Positions 51,777 through 64,000 of a stretch of DNA of 64,000 nucleotides are shown piece after piece. Both the position numbers and the translations under genes were made by a program. A model generated the notes under the pieces. It did not search any database. It saw only the letters and a program-made list of their open reading frames with translations, and was not told where the DNA came from. Origin of the DNA: Octopus bimaculoides (taxonomy: Eukaryota); NCBI RefSeq assembly GCF_001194135.2, contig NC_069000.1:40871483-40935482 (forward strand). Direction: 5' to 3'. The stretch's first letter is position 1; every line of letters starts with the position of its first letter.

Positions 51777-52491
51777 ATTATCAATTCTAGAGAAATGAAA
51801 GACAAAGTTCAACTCGGCGAAATTTGAACATAGAGATCTGGAATAGATACTGCAAGGCATTGTGCTTGACACATTAACGCGTTTGTCAGTTTACCACCTG
51901 CTGAGCTGAGTGCCTTGAAATATTTAGTTAAGTCTATTTACAATCTGAGTTCAAATTCAACCAAGGTTGTCTTTGCCTTTGATTCATCTGGGTCAATGAA
52001 AAAGTACCAGTCCCATATTTGGGTAGTCGGATCAATTAAATTACATCTAATTTAATATGACCGATCACATGGTTCCGCGTTCAATTCTATTTCGGGACAT
52101 CTTGGGCAAGCATCATTTATCATAACCTTGAGTTGATCCAATCCTTGTAAGTATAACTGAACAAACAGAAAATGCTTGGAATGCTCAGATGGATTGTATC
52201 GGTAATTAAAATATCAACCTTATAAAACTGTCTTTCGCTGATTCTGCCTGGTAATTATACGTTTAAAGCATATTTGACTCTGAAATACTCAGCAACTTAC
52301 ACGCCAATACAACGAGCAGATTGTTTAGTTGGCAAGAGCTGGATACTCCCCGTTGAAATCGATAGTGATCTAGTTTAACCTTTTGCTTTCCATCCTTCCG
52401 GGACAGATAAAATAAGTACTGGAGTCACAAATTTGTAGCTGATGTTTTTATATTTCTTAATACATTTTACTCTATATCTTTTTTCTTTTAG

Positions 52492-52665
52492 TCACTCCTC
52501 TTCCTTACAAGAGTTATCGTGGTTACGTTCTTCCTAAACCTCGAGTTCTGAGTCAAGCCTTGTTCACTTGTGGCAACACTGTCAATGAAAGTACACTTAC
52601 TCACTTGGCGGCCAATTTTGGTTTGTTTCTAATGCATGATATGTTTTCCACCAAAACTACAACAG
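52492..52665 (+). CDS. Peroxidase-like gene, exon 5 (VTPLPYKSYRGYVLPKPRVLSQALF...THLAANFGLFLMHDMFSTKTTT)
   Basis: LP.PR.VS and FG.FL.HD motifs (distal His region); acceptor ttttctttttag|, donor AG|gtaagt; 174 nt, phase 1-1. Confidence 0.93.
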
Positions 52666-53676
52666 GTAAGTTGTACACTATATCAATCTCCAGTTTGGAC
52701 AAATGAGGGTCTGGCAGGGATTTGAAAGTTATTGTGTTGCGTTCCTCTATGTCAAACAATTGAAATCTAGCCGGGGTATGAGTGAACGAATATCAGACTA
52801 AGTTCCCTGTCAATATATATATTTCCCATTATTCTACGTTTTGTGCTCAAGTCATTTTGAGTTGACTTTGCCTGGGTTTGTTTCGAAAAGATTGATAAAA
52901 TACTTACCAGATATATACTTACAGTCGATTCAATTCGGCTCTTATTTATTCTTTTACTGTTATCATTTATTGCAGTAGAGTCAGTTTGGGGATTTTAAGG
53001 GTAGGATCGATTATTTCACAAATAGATATTTACTTGGAATTTATTTTATCGATGTCGGAATAATGAAAGACAAAAATCGTCATTGATGCGATTAAAACTT
53101 AGAAGTGAAAGCGACATAACTAAAAACTGTAATGTATTTTGTCCGACAGTCTACCTGTTCTTCCACCACTCTGTGCTCGGTCCCTATCATTTATCGACCT
53201 TGTGCCAATCAGACAAGTCAAGTATTTATTGCATCCATTCAGTTAATATCTTGTTTCTTATCTAAGAATTTCACCTTTCCGTACAGCTCATAAAATATAC
53301 CAGCAATGGGTACGCTCGTAAAATTCCTAGGCAATTATTTTTATAGTTAATTACTTGCTGCAAACTATATTTAAAAATATTAATTTAACCCAATACATTT
53401 TTCTCCTTATTCAATAAATTATAGAATATACATAAAATTATATGTATAAATGTAAGATCCAAGGATCGAGGTGTAGGAAGAAAGTGATCTTCAAGTAATC
53501 CGTAGAAAAAGAAAAAACAAAAAAAGATTGTTAGAAACAATAGTGGTTTACTGAGGTGGTAGGTTGTGGAATTTTTCGTATCGAAGTACGATAAGCTGAA
53601 AAGAATTATTATTTTATATTCCACGGTAGATAGTCAGGTTTGTTAAGTATGCAAATAAAAATCCAAGAGTTAAGGA

Positions 53677-53869
53677 GTATACCGCAAGCTACTCTTCAGA
53701 CCAAGTTTGCATTGTCGTTAGGAGAGTCATGTTAACACACGGAGGATTCGACCAAAATGCCAGTTGAATTTTGATCGAATCCTTCGTGTGTTAACGCGGG
53801 ACTCCTTACGGCAATGTAAATTCCATTTAATCAGGATACTCTTGGCCTGAAGAGTAGCCTGCGGTATAC
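53677..53869. repeat. Long imperfect hairpin in a peroxidase intron
   Basis: GTATACCGCAAGCTACTCTTCAGACCAAG / CTTGGCCTGAAGAGTAGCCTGCGGTATAC plus an inner ~53-bp stem. Confidence 0.85.
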
Positions 53870-53929
53870 ACCTCGCTTGGATACTTACCGCTTCCGAGTT
53901 AGGCTCGCTATGAAACATATGTAACCCAG
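53841..53929 (+). ncRNA. Type-I hammerhead ribozyme motif with extended helix II
   Basis: CTTGGC-CTGAAGA-GTAGC...GCTAT-GAAA-CATATG-TA-ACCCAG; helix III palindrome ACATATGT; helix I partly mismatched in this copy. Confidence 0.65.
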
Positions 53930-54326
53930 ATTTTATCTGCCCCATTCCTCAACTCTTGGATTGTCTGGCTGTACAGCCTTTTTGTTTGTTTATTTCACCG
54001 TTTCGTTTTCCTGTCTTGTTTTCCGTCCGCCACTACCCTCCACGAAAACAATTTAATTTGTGTTCGTGGGAAGAACCATTTTAACGATGCGTACTGCCTT
54101 AATTCTTCGAAACGCCGGGGTTTTAATGGTGGCAGCTGATGAAGGGGATGTTTCTATGTGGCCTGCTTGTTTGTTGCACCTTGTTTACCATTTTGTCCAT
54201 GTTCTTTTGCCACGTCATGTACCCAGTTATGTATCTATATGTACATGTGGATGAAGGTATATACATACATGTACATATATATGCATATACTCATATATTG
54301 TTTATATATATATATGTGTGTGTGAG

Positions 54327-54377
<51 letters not shown>

Positions 54378-54520
54378 NNNNNNNNNNNNNNNNNNNNNNN
54401 NNNNNNNNNNNNNNNNNNNNNNNNNNNNNNNNNNNNNNNNNNNNNNNNNNNNNNNNNNNNNNNNNNNNNNNNNNNNNNNNNNNNNNNNNNNNNNNNNNNN
54501 NNNNNNNNNNNNNNNNNNNN

Positions 54521-54564
<44 letters not shown>

Positions 54565-55078
54565 GTGTATAGAAAGTTAAACTCTACTCAGTAATCAACA
54601 AATTAAACGACCTGTCGGTATTTTAACGAAATAAAGAGATGGTGAAAACATGTGAGCGAGTAGCGAAATAACAGACTTTGATGCATGTGAAGGTGGCGGA
54701 CAAAGAGCGAGAAAGGGAGAGAGAAAGAGGGAGAGAGAGAGAGATAGAGAAAGAAAGAAAGACACACAAACTGAAAGTTATATTAATAGATAATTCTATA
54801 TTTTTAACATGTAGCATTAAATATCATTCCTTGTTATATTATTTATTGGATATTGATTTAAGTGCCCTTGATCCATCAGTGACATTCACATATGCATTAA
54901 GTGGGAACAACAACCTTCTAAAAATACTATCAAAATTTACCTCAGTTAATATTGCAGCATCTCTTGAAAGGAATGGCACATTCAGTAATCTCTTCATTCC
55001 TACATCCTCCTTCAGAAAAAAAAAAGAAGAAAAAGGGTAAAGACAGCGTAGTCACTACCAGGATTTGTTTCGCCTGAT

Positions 55079-55463
55079 GTTGTTGGCCCTCCGTCGGTTG
55101 CGACGACGAGGGTTCCAGTTGATCCGATCAACGGAACAGCCTGCTCGTGAGATTAAAGTGCAAGTGGCTGAGCACTCCACAGACACGTGTACCCTTAACG
55201 TAGTTCTCGGGAATATTCAGCGTGACACAGTGTGACAAGGCTGGCCTCTTTGAATTACAGGCACAACAGAAACAGGAAGTAAGAGTGAGAGAAAGTTGTG
55301 GTGGAAGAGTACAGCAGGGTTCACCACCACCCCCTGTCGGAGCCTCGTGGAGCTTTAGGTGTTTTCGCTCAATAAACACTGACAACGCCCTGTCTGGGAA
55401 TCGAAACCGCGATCCTATGACTGCGAGTCCGCTGCCCTAACCACTGGGCCATTGCGCCTCCAC
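55079..55463 (-). mobile_element. SINE family A, full length
   Basis: Reverse complement of family A; TSD TTTCGCCTGAT (55068-55078 and 55466-55476). Confidence 0.9.
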
Positions 55464-55726
55464 TCTTTCGCCTGATATGCATAGATATTCGTTATTTTCT
55501 TAACCGACAGATAGATTAGTTTTACTTTAAAAGACACTGTCACCATTTCAGTGCTAACCAAGGGCTAAAATCTAAACAACAAAAGCAACAACACCGCCGC
55601 CACCAACCCCGACCCACTAGCAACTTTACTTCATTCTAAAATATAGAGTCTTCAAGTCCTTAATAAAATAAATAAAATAAAAGTTTCGTTATTAAATTTA
55701 ATTGTTGAATTTCTTTCATTTTTCAG

Positions 55727-55745
55727 ACTCTTGTTGCACTGACAG
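55727..55745 (+). CDS. Peroxidase-like gene, micro-exon 6 (DSCCTDS, 19 nt)
   Basis: Acceptor tcatttttcag|, donor CAG|gtaaat; supplies the CC motif that follows the distal His in invertebrate peroxidases; phase 1 to 2. Confidence 0.85.
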
Positions 55746-56696
55746 GTAAATACTTATCTAAAATTTCTTAAATTTCACACACAGACACATACACACACAC
55801 ACACAGACAAACAGACACAGAGACACAGAGACACACGCACACACAGACACAGGCACACAGACACAGACACAGGCACACACACACACACACAAACACACCC
55901 ACACATTTTCACTCATATACACACACATACTTATGTACTATGATTGTATTAGGGTATCACACTTAACGCTATTGTTACTCGATTATAAAACGGATATTGT
56001 GAAACACTGTTACGGGTATAAACATACTGAGCACATTTCTTGTATGCTGACACATTATCCACAATAAAGAATTGTAAAGAAGATACTTATGGTAACAATT
56101 CTATGCTGGAGAATATCGTTACACAGCAGCTATAGGAACGGTAAAGGTTTGGTTGCCCGCTACTCCGTACAGCCTACACCACGAACTTATATGTTTCTCT
56201 GTCGTGATGAAAATAACTTCGATTATTCAGATCGAACTTCCACAACCGAGAATAAATTACAATGATATACAGAAATAGCCTTTCTACTGGAAACACAAGG
56301 GTCCAAATTTGGGGGAAGGGTTGAAATCGATTACATCGACCCCAGTACGTAAATGGTACTTAATTTATCGACCCAGAAAGGATGAAAGGCAAAGTCGACA
56401 TGGGTTATTGACACGGGATTCTTTGAGTTTCGTATCAATGTCTAGTTACATAGAGAAACGTTTAAGCCAATTTTGGTTCGAGGCTGGAGTACCTGTTTTT
56501 CAATTGCTTTCCAGCAAGCCTTGAGTTGCACACACACACACACANNNNNNNNNNNNNNNNNNNNNNNNNNNNNNNNNNNNNNNNNNNNNNNNNNNNNNNN
56601 NNNNNNNNNNCACACACATACATATATATATACATATATATGCCTACACACACACATAGAAACACAGACACATGCAAACACACACATACAAACACT

Positions 56697-56727
<31 letters not shown>

Positions 56728-56774
56728 TCTATATATATATATATATATATATTTTCACTTATTTTTATTTTCAG

Positions 56775-56884
56775 CTGTCTTGGAATTGCAGTAGATGCCG
56801 CACATCCTCTGACCTCACCATGTAGCGAATCTTGCATACCTTACCACAAACCTTCGCTTTCTTACGATCTCAATTGCTTAATGG
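56775..56884 (+). CDS. Peroxidase-like gene, exon 7 (CLGIAVDAAHPLTSPCSESCIPYHKPSLSYDLNCLM)
   Basis: Matches the C.PI....DP......C..F.RS.....C segment; acceptor tttattttcag|, donor G|gtaagt; phase 2 to 1. Confidence 0.88.
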
Positions 56885-58592
56885 GTAAGTAAATTTATTA
56901 ACAAATACCACCATTGCGACAACGAGTTACAGCGACGACGATGGACACCACCACTACTACCACCACCATGGGATATTTGGGGCAAGAACAACTATTTCTT
57001 GTAGTTACTAACGACAGCGTAAAGGATCCACCCTTGACTCGAACTCTTTTCTTAGTTTAGATTACTTAGTGGGTCTCGAGAAGCTGACCTGTCATTGAAT
57101 CAGTAATTTGGTTTTGATTACAAGCAATGGCTGATTGTTTCTGCAAGAGTCCTTTCCTTGTTAAATTTACCCAACAGGAAGATCAATTACGATGAATCGC
57201 CAGCGTTTTGGACACGACTATCATTCCTCTTAAATAATATATCCAAAATGTCATGCATACACATAACCATTCTTTATTTTCTATACTAGCTTAATTTAAA
57301 ATCTACTAAGGCTTCTTTGAAAATACTAAATGGTGGATGTCCCAAATATTTTTCCAAGGATTGCTTTTGTTTATCGGCAATTAATTACGAATGAGTTATT
57401 TGGGTATTCGTTTCTGCTCTAGGCACAAGGCCCGAAATTTTTGGGACGGCAGCCAGTCGATTAGATCGATCCCAGTACGCAACTGGTACTTTATTTATCG
57501 ATGCCGAAAGGTAACATCGACCTCGGTGGAATTTGAACTCAGAACGTAAAGACAGACGAAATACCGTTAAGCATTTCGCCCAGCGTGCTAACGTTTCTGC
57601 CATCTCGCCGCTTTAGTTATTTGGATATTTAAAAATCAACCCAGGCTTATTCAGTATTTCCTTGTGGCTCAGCTACAAAGAATGACATGAGTATCACGAA
57701 AAACTCAGCAGATACTATTTTACTCTGGTATTGCTGTCAGTTATTGGACCGCAACATTGCTGGTATACAACTTTTATCCCAAATTGTTAAGTTTCAACGA
57801 CGTAAAGTAACTAACACTTATTGCCGAGCAGTATTAGCATGAAAAAAAAACAACTTGTGAAGGAGACAAAAAATGCATTGCGGCACACACATACATACAC
57901 AAAGATGCGTACACGCATGCACACGCACACAACACTCATATATGATGGGTTTCTGTCAACGAGTTCACTTATAAGGCATTGGTCATCGCAGAGCTGTAGT
58001 AGAAGACACTCTCAAAAGGTAGTGGATGGAATTAGAGTTCATATTCTTTTACCATTTTACGTTTCAGTCATTGGATTGCGGTCTTGTTATGTCGCTGGCT
58101 TGAAAGGGTTAGTTGAACAAACCGTCTCCAGTATTTATTCCTTTTAACTTTTGCACTTATTCTATCGGTTTAATTGCCGAACCGCTAAATTATAGAGACA
58201 TAAACAAAGCGTTAATCAGGCGGTATAGAGACAAACGCAAAGACATGCACACAAATGCATATGTACATATTCACATACATGCCTACACACATATGTATAT
58301 ATATTGTGTATACATGCAATAACTTTTGTATATATTACTTTGAAATTTTGGCACAAGGGTAGCAATTTCGAGGGAGGAGTAAGTCGATTACATAGATCCC
58401 ACTGTTCAGCTGGTATATATTTTATCGAACTCGAAAAGATGAAAGGCAAAGTTGACTTCGGAGGAATTTGAACTCAGACTGTACAGACAGACGAAATGCC
58501 GTTAAGCATTTTGCCCGGTGTGCTAACGATTCTACCCCCTGCCAGCTCAATGCCTTATACATACATATGTATATATATGTATGTATATATAC

Positions 58593-58624
<32 letters not shown>

Positions 58625-58984
58625 NNNNNNNNNNNNNNNNNNNNNNNNNNNNNNNNNNNNNNNNNNNNNNNNNNNNNNNNNNNNNNNNNNNNNNNNNNNN
58701 NNNNNNNNNNNNNNNNNNNNNNNNNNNNNNNNNNNNNNNNNNNNNNNNNNNNNNNNNNNNNNNNNNNNNNNNNNNNNNNNNNNNNNNNNNNNNNNNNNNN
58801 NNNNNNNNNNNNNNNNNNNNNNNNNNNNNNNNNNNNNNNNNNNNNNNNNNNNNNNNNNNNNNNNNNTATATATATATATATATGCCTAAGATGCTGAGCA
58901 GTGGATCTAAATCTTAAACCACATTGTTGCGAAGCGAACATCTTAGCCACACAACCATTCCTCTGCCTATCGTTTGTCTTTTAA

Positions 58985-59345
58985 CTTTTATGTTTCAGTC
59001 GGTGGCCATGCTGGGGCATCGCCTTCAAGAATTTTCAGTCGAATGAATCGAGACTAATACATTTTTTTAAGCCTGGTACTTACTCTATCAGTATCTTTTG
59101 CTGAACCGCTAAGTTACGATGTAAACACACGAACATCGCTTGTCAAATGGTGGGTGAAGGACAAACGAATGCACACACTCAACAGACTTCTCCCAGTTTA
59201 TGTCCACCAAATCCACTCGGAAGGCTTTGGATGGTCCGAGGCTATGATAGAAGATACTTGCTCAAGGTGCCATACAGTGTGACTGAAACCGGAACAACGT
59301 GGTTGGGAAACAAATGTCTTACCACACAGTCACGCAAGCGCCTAA
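58985..59345 (-). mobile_element. SINE family B, diverged (further diverged copies near 240-590, 2360-2560, 6845-6960, 10105-10250, 19418-19570, 38920-39300, 44495-44723, 57930-58200)
   Basis: Shared family-B motifs. Confidence 0.75.
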
Positions 59346-59488
59346 GTTGAGAAAGTTTTCCATTTCTTTCCAGCTACTGACATTTTGTTAATATTGTTTG
59401 AAATATTTTTCCTTAATATGTAATGGAAAAGAGCATGTAGATTGGTTGAATGCCCGTATATATATATTGTTTTTTCCTCTTTCTGAAG

Positions 59489-59584
59489 GCGAAATCAACG
59501 GAATAAACTTAAACACTCATTATATTGATGCTTCACCAATTTTTGGTTCTACTGAAGCGAAATTTAATTCTCTTACTGATACAG
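59489..59584 (+). CDS. Peroxidase-like gene, exon 8 (GEINGINLNTHYIDASPIFGSTEAKFNSLTDT)
   Basis: N..T..ID.S..YGS-type Ca-binding loop; acceptor tttcctctttctgaag|, donor AG|gtatgt; phase 1-1. Confidence 0.93.
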
Positions 59585-60102
59585 GTATGTAAAATATTTA
59601 TATATCTTCTATTCTATTTTATTTCAGAAATACCCATTTGATACTTAAATTGTTAAAAAAATTAAGAATTTATATATTACTAACCAGCTAGTTTGCTAAC
59701 TGAATTGCTTCACCTTTGTGCATTCGCTCAGCATCTAGTGATATTAGCTATTGACTCAGTAAGTTCATTTGCTGAAATATTTCGCATTAACCAAGCTGAA
59801 ACTTATGATTTCAACATATTCTGACTCGGTTAGTTACATGCCACATATGTTAGAGATGAGACCCTGAGAGGTGCTACTACTCTAGGAGAGAGGTAGACCT
59901 GGAGATAAGTGTAACAGTGGCTAAGATGAAGTTGCACACTCCTGAACCAGGGCCGCACTACCAAATGCAGTTTGAAGTCATAACTGGTCACTGGATGATA
60001 TGTAACATGCTTGAACTGCAATGCTGCACAAATATGATAAACCGTTGCATGTTGGAGTGCGTAATGTGATACTGAATTAACGGATATAATAATAATAATA
60101 AC

Positions 60103-60134
<32 letters not shown>

Positions 60135-60136
<2 letters not shown>

Positions 60137-60690
60137 GCCCGGATTCAGTACCAGGCAGTGACTCTCATGGCTTCTGATCTTAACTGATTGGAAGTGTTAT
60201 CATGTACACTGTTTTGTCTTGGTGTAAAAGATGGGCTACAGCAAATATTCTGCTCAATACCACAGATTTGCTTGTCAGTTGTTTGACCTTAACCAATTAA
60301 GCTTGTCCCTTAGTTGCTGACGATATGTGCATCTCTGATCACGATCACAAGTAGTGGAGGAGCATCATAGCCATGTGTTGAGAGGAATTCTTTGGGGTTT
60401 GAATAATTCACCTTTGGAAAAATGGGTGTTTTGCTCAACATCCTTAAACAAACCTTATTCAGGGACCTTTTGAGCGGGATGGGCTACTCGACCTGAAGAA
60501 AATTCTAACTGGGCCCCACCTGCGAGGTCATGCGCTATTTATCTTGATATGAGATCACCATGTCGCGTACATATGGTTGTGATGCATGTGCCTGGTGTAC
60601 CCTTATCAGACGGGTAGTCATGATGGGTATAATGGGCTTCGTATATTTTACCCCAGTATCACTTTGATGGCATGCACTGCTCTCTCACTC
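60135..60690. repeat. Family F repeat, inverted, flanked by (AAT)n
   Basis: Reverse complement of 34370-34925. Confidence 0.85.
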
Positions 60691-60711
60691 AATAATAATA
60701 ATAGTAATAAT

Positions 60712-61041
60712 CGGAAGTGTGACTCACATTGTTAGTGCTTGTGAAAAAGAGAAAAAGTTGATAAATATGGAGACCTTAGAATTGAGATCGCTGAGATGTG
60801 GTAGCTAGGATAACATAGATGTTATCCCTATTGTCATCTGAGCATTGGGTTCAATACCACCCAATCTGAAAAAAAAAAACTATCTGAAAACTTTAGAAAT
60901 ACCCTACAATCCAGACGTATTGCAAAAGTTGGCATTACTTGGAACTGCACGCATATTGCGTAAAGTACTGTCTGTCTGAGGTCCTTGTTGTGACTTGACA
61001 AACTGTACAACCCTCACGATATTGTATACCGTGTGACGTCT
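60712..61041 (+). mobile_element. R4/Dong-like (REL-endonuclease) non-LTR retrotransposon 3' fragment
   Basis: Degenerate frames give SVTHIVSAC, EKVDKYGDLRIEIAEMW and VIPIVI*ALGSIPPNL...LQKLALLGTARILRKVLSV*, then a short UTR and (TAA)n tail. Confidence 0.8.
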
Positions 61042-61169
61042 ATAATAATAATAATAATAATGGTTTGAAATTTTTCCACAAGAGCAGCCATTTTGGGGGA
61101 GGGAATGAAGCGATTACATCAACCACCAGTATTTTGTTTCTATATCATTTATTCATTATTTTTTTCCAG

Positions 61170-61229
61170 GAAAAAAACTGAAAATGACGAACAATTTTCT
61201 AGAGATAAATTCAGCAAAATTCATTTCAG
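61170..61229 (+). CDS. Peroxidase-like gene, exon 9 (GKKLKMTNNFLEINSAKFIS)
   Basis: Acceptor ttttttccag|, donor AG|gtgaga; 60 nt, phase 1-1; bridges G.L... to the GD.R motif. Confidence 0.85.
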
Positions 61230-62141
61230 GTGAGATACGACTTTATAATGCTTACGTTTCAAACTGATAAGTACAATGACCGAAAGTAATATCACCTGTA
61301 GCTGCAGTAACGGTGTCACTAGTAGAAATAGCAGTGACTGAAGCAGTGAAGATGACAGCATTGAAGAATGTATTGAGGATTATATTGCTGTTTCTCCATA
61401 CAGACAATACAATGCCATATATAATTATATGATAGATCGCTGACGACTACATTTATATTTTTTCTCCTTGTTTCTCTCCTTATTTCTTTCTGTGTTCTTT
61501 TCAGTTGAAGAGCGTAGCTCGAAACGTCAAAGACTTTCTCTATTCCCGAGCGTTAAACTAATACATCCATTTGTTGTTTACACCACCTGTCTTCGTCTGT
61601 TGTTTTTTTCGTAAATTCTCCCACACATATATATATACATATACATATACACACATATATATATATATATATATATACGCAANNNNNNNNNNNNNNNNNN
61701 NNNNNNNNNNNNNNNNNNNNNNNNNNNNNNNNNNNNNNNNNNNNNNNNNNNNNNNNNNNNNNNNNNNNNNNNNNNNNNNNNNNNNNNNNNNNNNNNNNNN
61801 NNNNNNNNNNNNNNNNNNNNNNNNNNNNNNNNNNNNNNNNNNNNNNNNNNNNNNNNNNNNNNNNNNNNNNNNNNNNNNNNNNNNNNNNNNNNNNNNNNNN
61901 NNNNNNNNNNNNNNNNNNNNNNNNNNNNNNNNNNNNNNNNNNNNNNNNNNNNNNNNNNNNNNNNNNNNNNNNNNNNNNNNNNNNNNNNNNNNNNNNNNNN
62001 NNNNNNNNNNNNNNNNNNNNNNNNNNNNNNNNNNNNNNNNNNNNNNNNNNNNNNNNNNNNNNNNNNNNNNNNNNNNNNNNNNNNNNNNNNNNNNNNNNNN
62101 NNNNNNNNNNNNNNNNNNNNNNNNNNNNNNNNNNNNNNNNN

Positions 62142-62209
<68 letters not shown>

Positions 62210-63102
62210 GATAAAGCATCACATCGGTAGGATTAGCCCCGTACCATAACAGGCGGTCTTTTTTCCCGATTACCTACAAAGTCTCACGTCTTTGCGCGTG
62301 ATCATCCTTTCGAATTTGGTTTGGCTAAGAATCCTCCGATATAATATAAAGAGTGATTCGTTGTTTTTATCAAGTCTCCTGCAAGACCGTAAAACTTGGC
62401 ACGTTGAATTACCGTAGTCCACCAGCTCATTTTTAAAGAAAATCTTTAAAACCATGTATCTTTGGCAACCTTGGGGTATGGATATGGCCGTTTGGTTAAA
62501 CTCTGTTTGGGTTTGGTTCTCTGGGCACTACCGTTGTCGTCTATCTTTGCATCAACACGACATAAGCTTTCACTTGTGAGGAAAATTTCATAAGTGGGAC
62601 TGTATAAAGACTCTCACAGATCAGAAAGCTCTGCAAAAGGAATTCTCTCAATTTTAGGCTGATAGACCTTATCCATAGCCCGGTTTAACAGTATCACCTA
62701 GCTCTTGGATTACACTAGCGAAGCCCACTTTCTTGAAAGCTTTCAGAAAAGGTTTCCAAACTGTAATTAACACGATTTCTGTTTTCGTTACTCTCTTTTC
62801 CCCTCGTCTTGGAGGACCTGTACAAAAGTTCTAGGTAGCTGTACTCCCACCTTTTTTGATACAACCGTAAGAACAGAAACCCATGGTAAGATATACTGCA
62901 TACAGTCGAAATATTTGTTAGTTCTGTAAAGGAGTCGCTAAGAGATAGATTTTAATTAATTCACAGTAGCTCTTTATCGATAGATGTATTGCATAAAATA
63001 CCAACTATGTTCGATAGTAATAGACACAATCCAACGTCAATGTCGAGATAAAACATACACGATCATGTATTTAATGAAAATATACCTGCCTTTATTTTGT
63101 AG

Positions 63103-63547
63103 GTGATGAGCGAATCAATGAACAGCCTTTAATCATGGCAGTATATCACTTATTTGCTCTTGAATACAATAGGATAGTTACTAAGATGACTACAATGAAC
63201 ATCCCAAGCGCCGCACAACACGCAAAAAAAATCTTAATAGCCGAGTTACAACATATTACTTACAACGAGTTTCTTCCATCTTTGCTTGGTCAAAGTACTA
63301 GCGTGAGATCACAGAGCAGCGGGTATATAAATTATGATCCCACAAAGAAGACTGAAATTTACAATTCCTTCTCCATTGCTTATAAATTGGCTGTGTATTC
63401 GATGTTGAGAAGTAGTTACAAAGATTCTAACGGTGCGGACATTCAAATAGGAGCTACCAGACAAAATAGTGGATATATGGACACTGATGCCAAAAGAGAC
63501 AATATCATAAACCGTTTGTTAACTGACAAAAGTTCAATGATTAATAA
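63103..63547 (+). CDS. Peroxidase-like gene, exon 10 (GDERINEQPLIMAVYHLFALEYNRIV...AELQHITYNEFLPSLLG...NSFSIAYKLAVYSMLRSSY...NRLLTDKSSMIN); gene continues beyond window
   Basis: GD.R.NE.P, F..E.NR and Q.ITY.EFLP.LLG motifs of animal heme peroxidases; acceptor tttattttgtag|, donor AA|gtaagt. Confidence 0.95.
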
Positions 63548-64000
63548 GTAAGTATAGCTTTCTTTCTTTGTCGTTTTCTTTCGTTACTCTTTGTATGTAT
63601 GTATGTATGTATGTATGTATGTATGTATGTATGTATGTATGTATGTATGTATGCATGTAAGCATATATGTATGCATGTATATATGTATGTATGTATGTAT
63701 GTATGCATGTATGCATGTATGCATGTATGTATGTATGTATGTATGTATGTATGTATGTATATATGTCATTGTTCAGTTAATTTTAAGATTTCTTGCCAAT
63801 AGGGAAAGAATCGATTTGTAACCTAGATTCAAGGCTCCTTCATTGGAATTTCAACATCAACAATAACGTATTTTTGTATGTATGTATCAAGATTTGGATG
63901 TTTTGCTTTATGTATATATTCTCATGCATATAGTTGCATATCTAGACATGCTCATATATATTTAATGATAAACTTCTGGAAAGTTTAACAGATTTTTACA

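Noticed and set aside
54100-54165. Permuted hammerhead (GAAACGCC ... CTGATGAAGGGG)
   Set aside because: It lacks the U of the NUH triplet and a credible helix I.
62230-62900. Possible degraded LINE on the minus strand
   Set aside because: It looks repeat-derived (shares a CTAATCCTACCG end with ~36381), but I could not read a convincing RT or endonuclease motif.

Overview
Eukaryotic, AT-rich, microsatellite- and SINE-dense draft scaffold with about ten N gaps. The repeat content suggests a cephalopod (octopus-like) genome; that is an inference. Two protein-coding genes can be reconstructed from splice signals and frame. (1) A complete 3-exon prefoldin subunit 2 gene (PFDN2, minus strand, 19063-24714, 139 aa). 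(2) A plus-strand secreted animal-heme-peroxidase-family gene with 10 phase-consistent exons (43289-63547, about 375 aa, continuing beyond the window). It keeps the fold, Ca-site, distal His and Arg motifs but appears to lack the proximal heme-ligating His and the distal Gln/Asp, so it is a candidate pseudo-peroxidase. The rest is retroposon and DNA-transposon debris: several tRNA-derived SINE families; RTE, Tx1/L1 and R4/Dong-like LINE fragments; and mariner, piggyBac-like and foldback MITEs. The most unusual non-coding signal is that at least three unrelated repeats carry minimal type-I hammerhead-ribozyme motifs with palindromic helix III, including a TSD-flanked tRNA-headed SINE. Also noted: a degenerate ~50-bp array, a duplicated 42-nt exon-like cassette, several long hairpins, and (ATT)n tracts acting as insertion hotspots. 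Most entries in the supplied ORF track are artefacts of gaps, microsatellites or SINEs. All repeat coordinates are approximate and were derived by eye.
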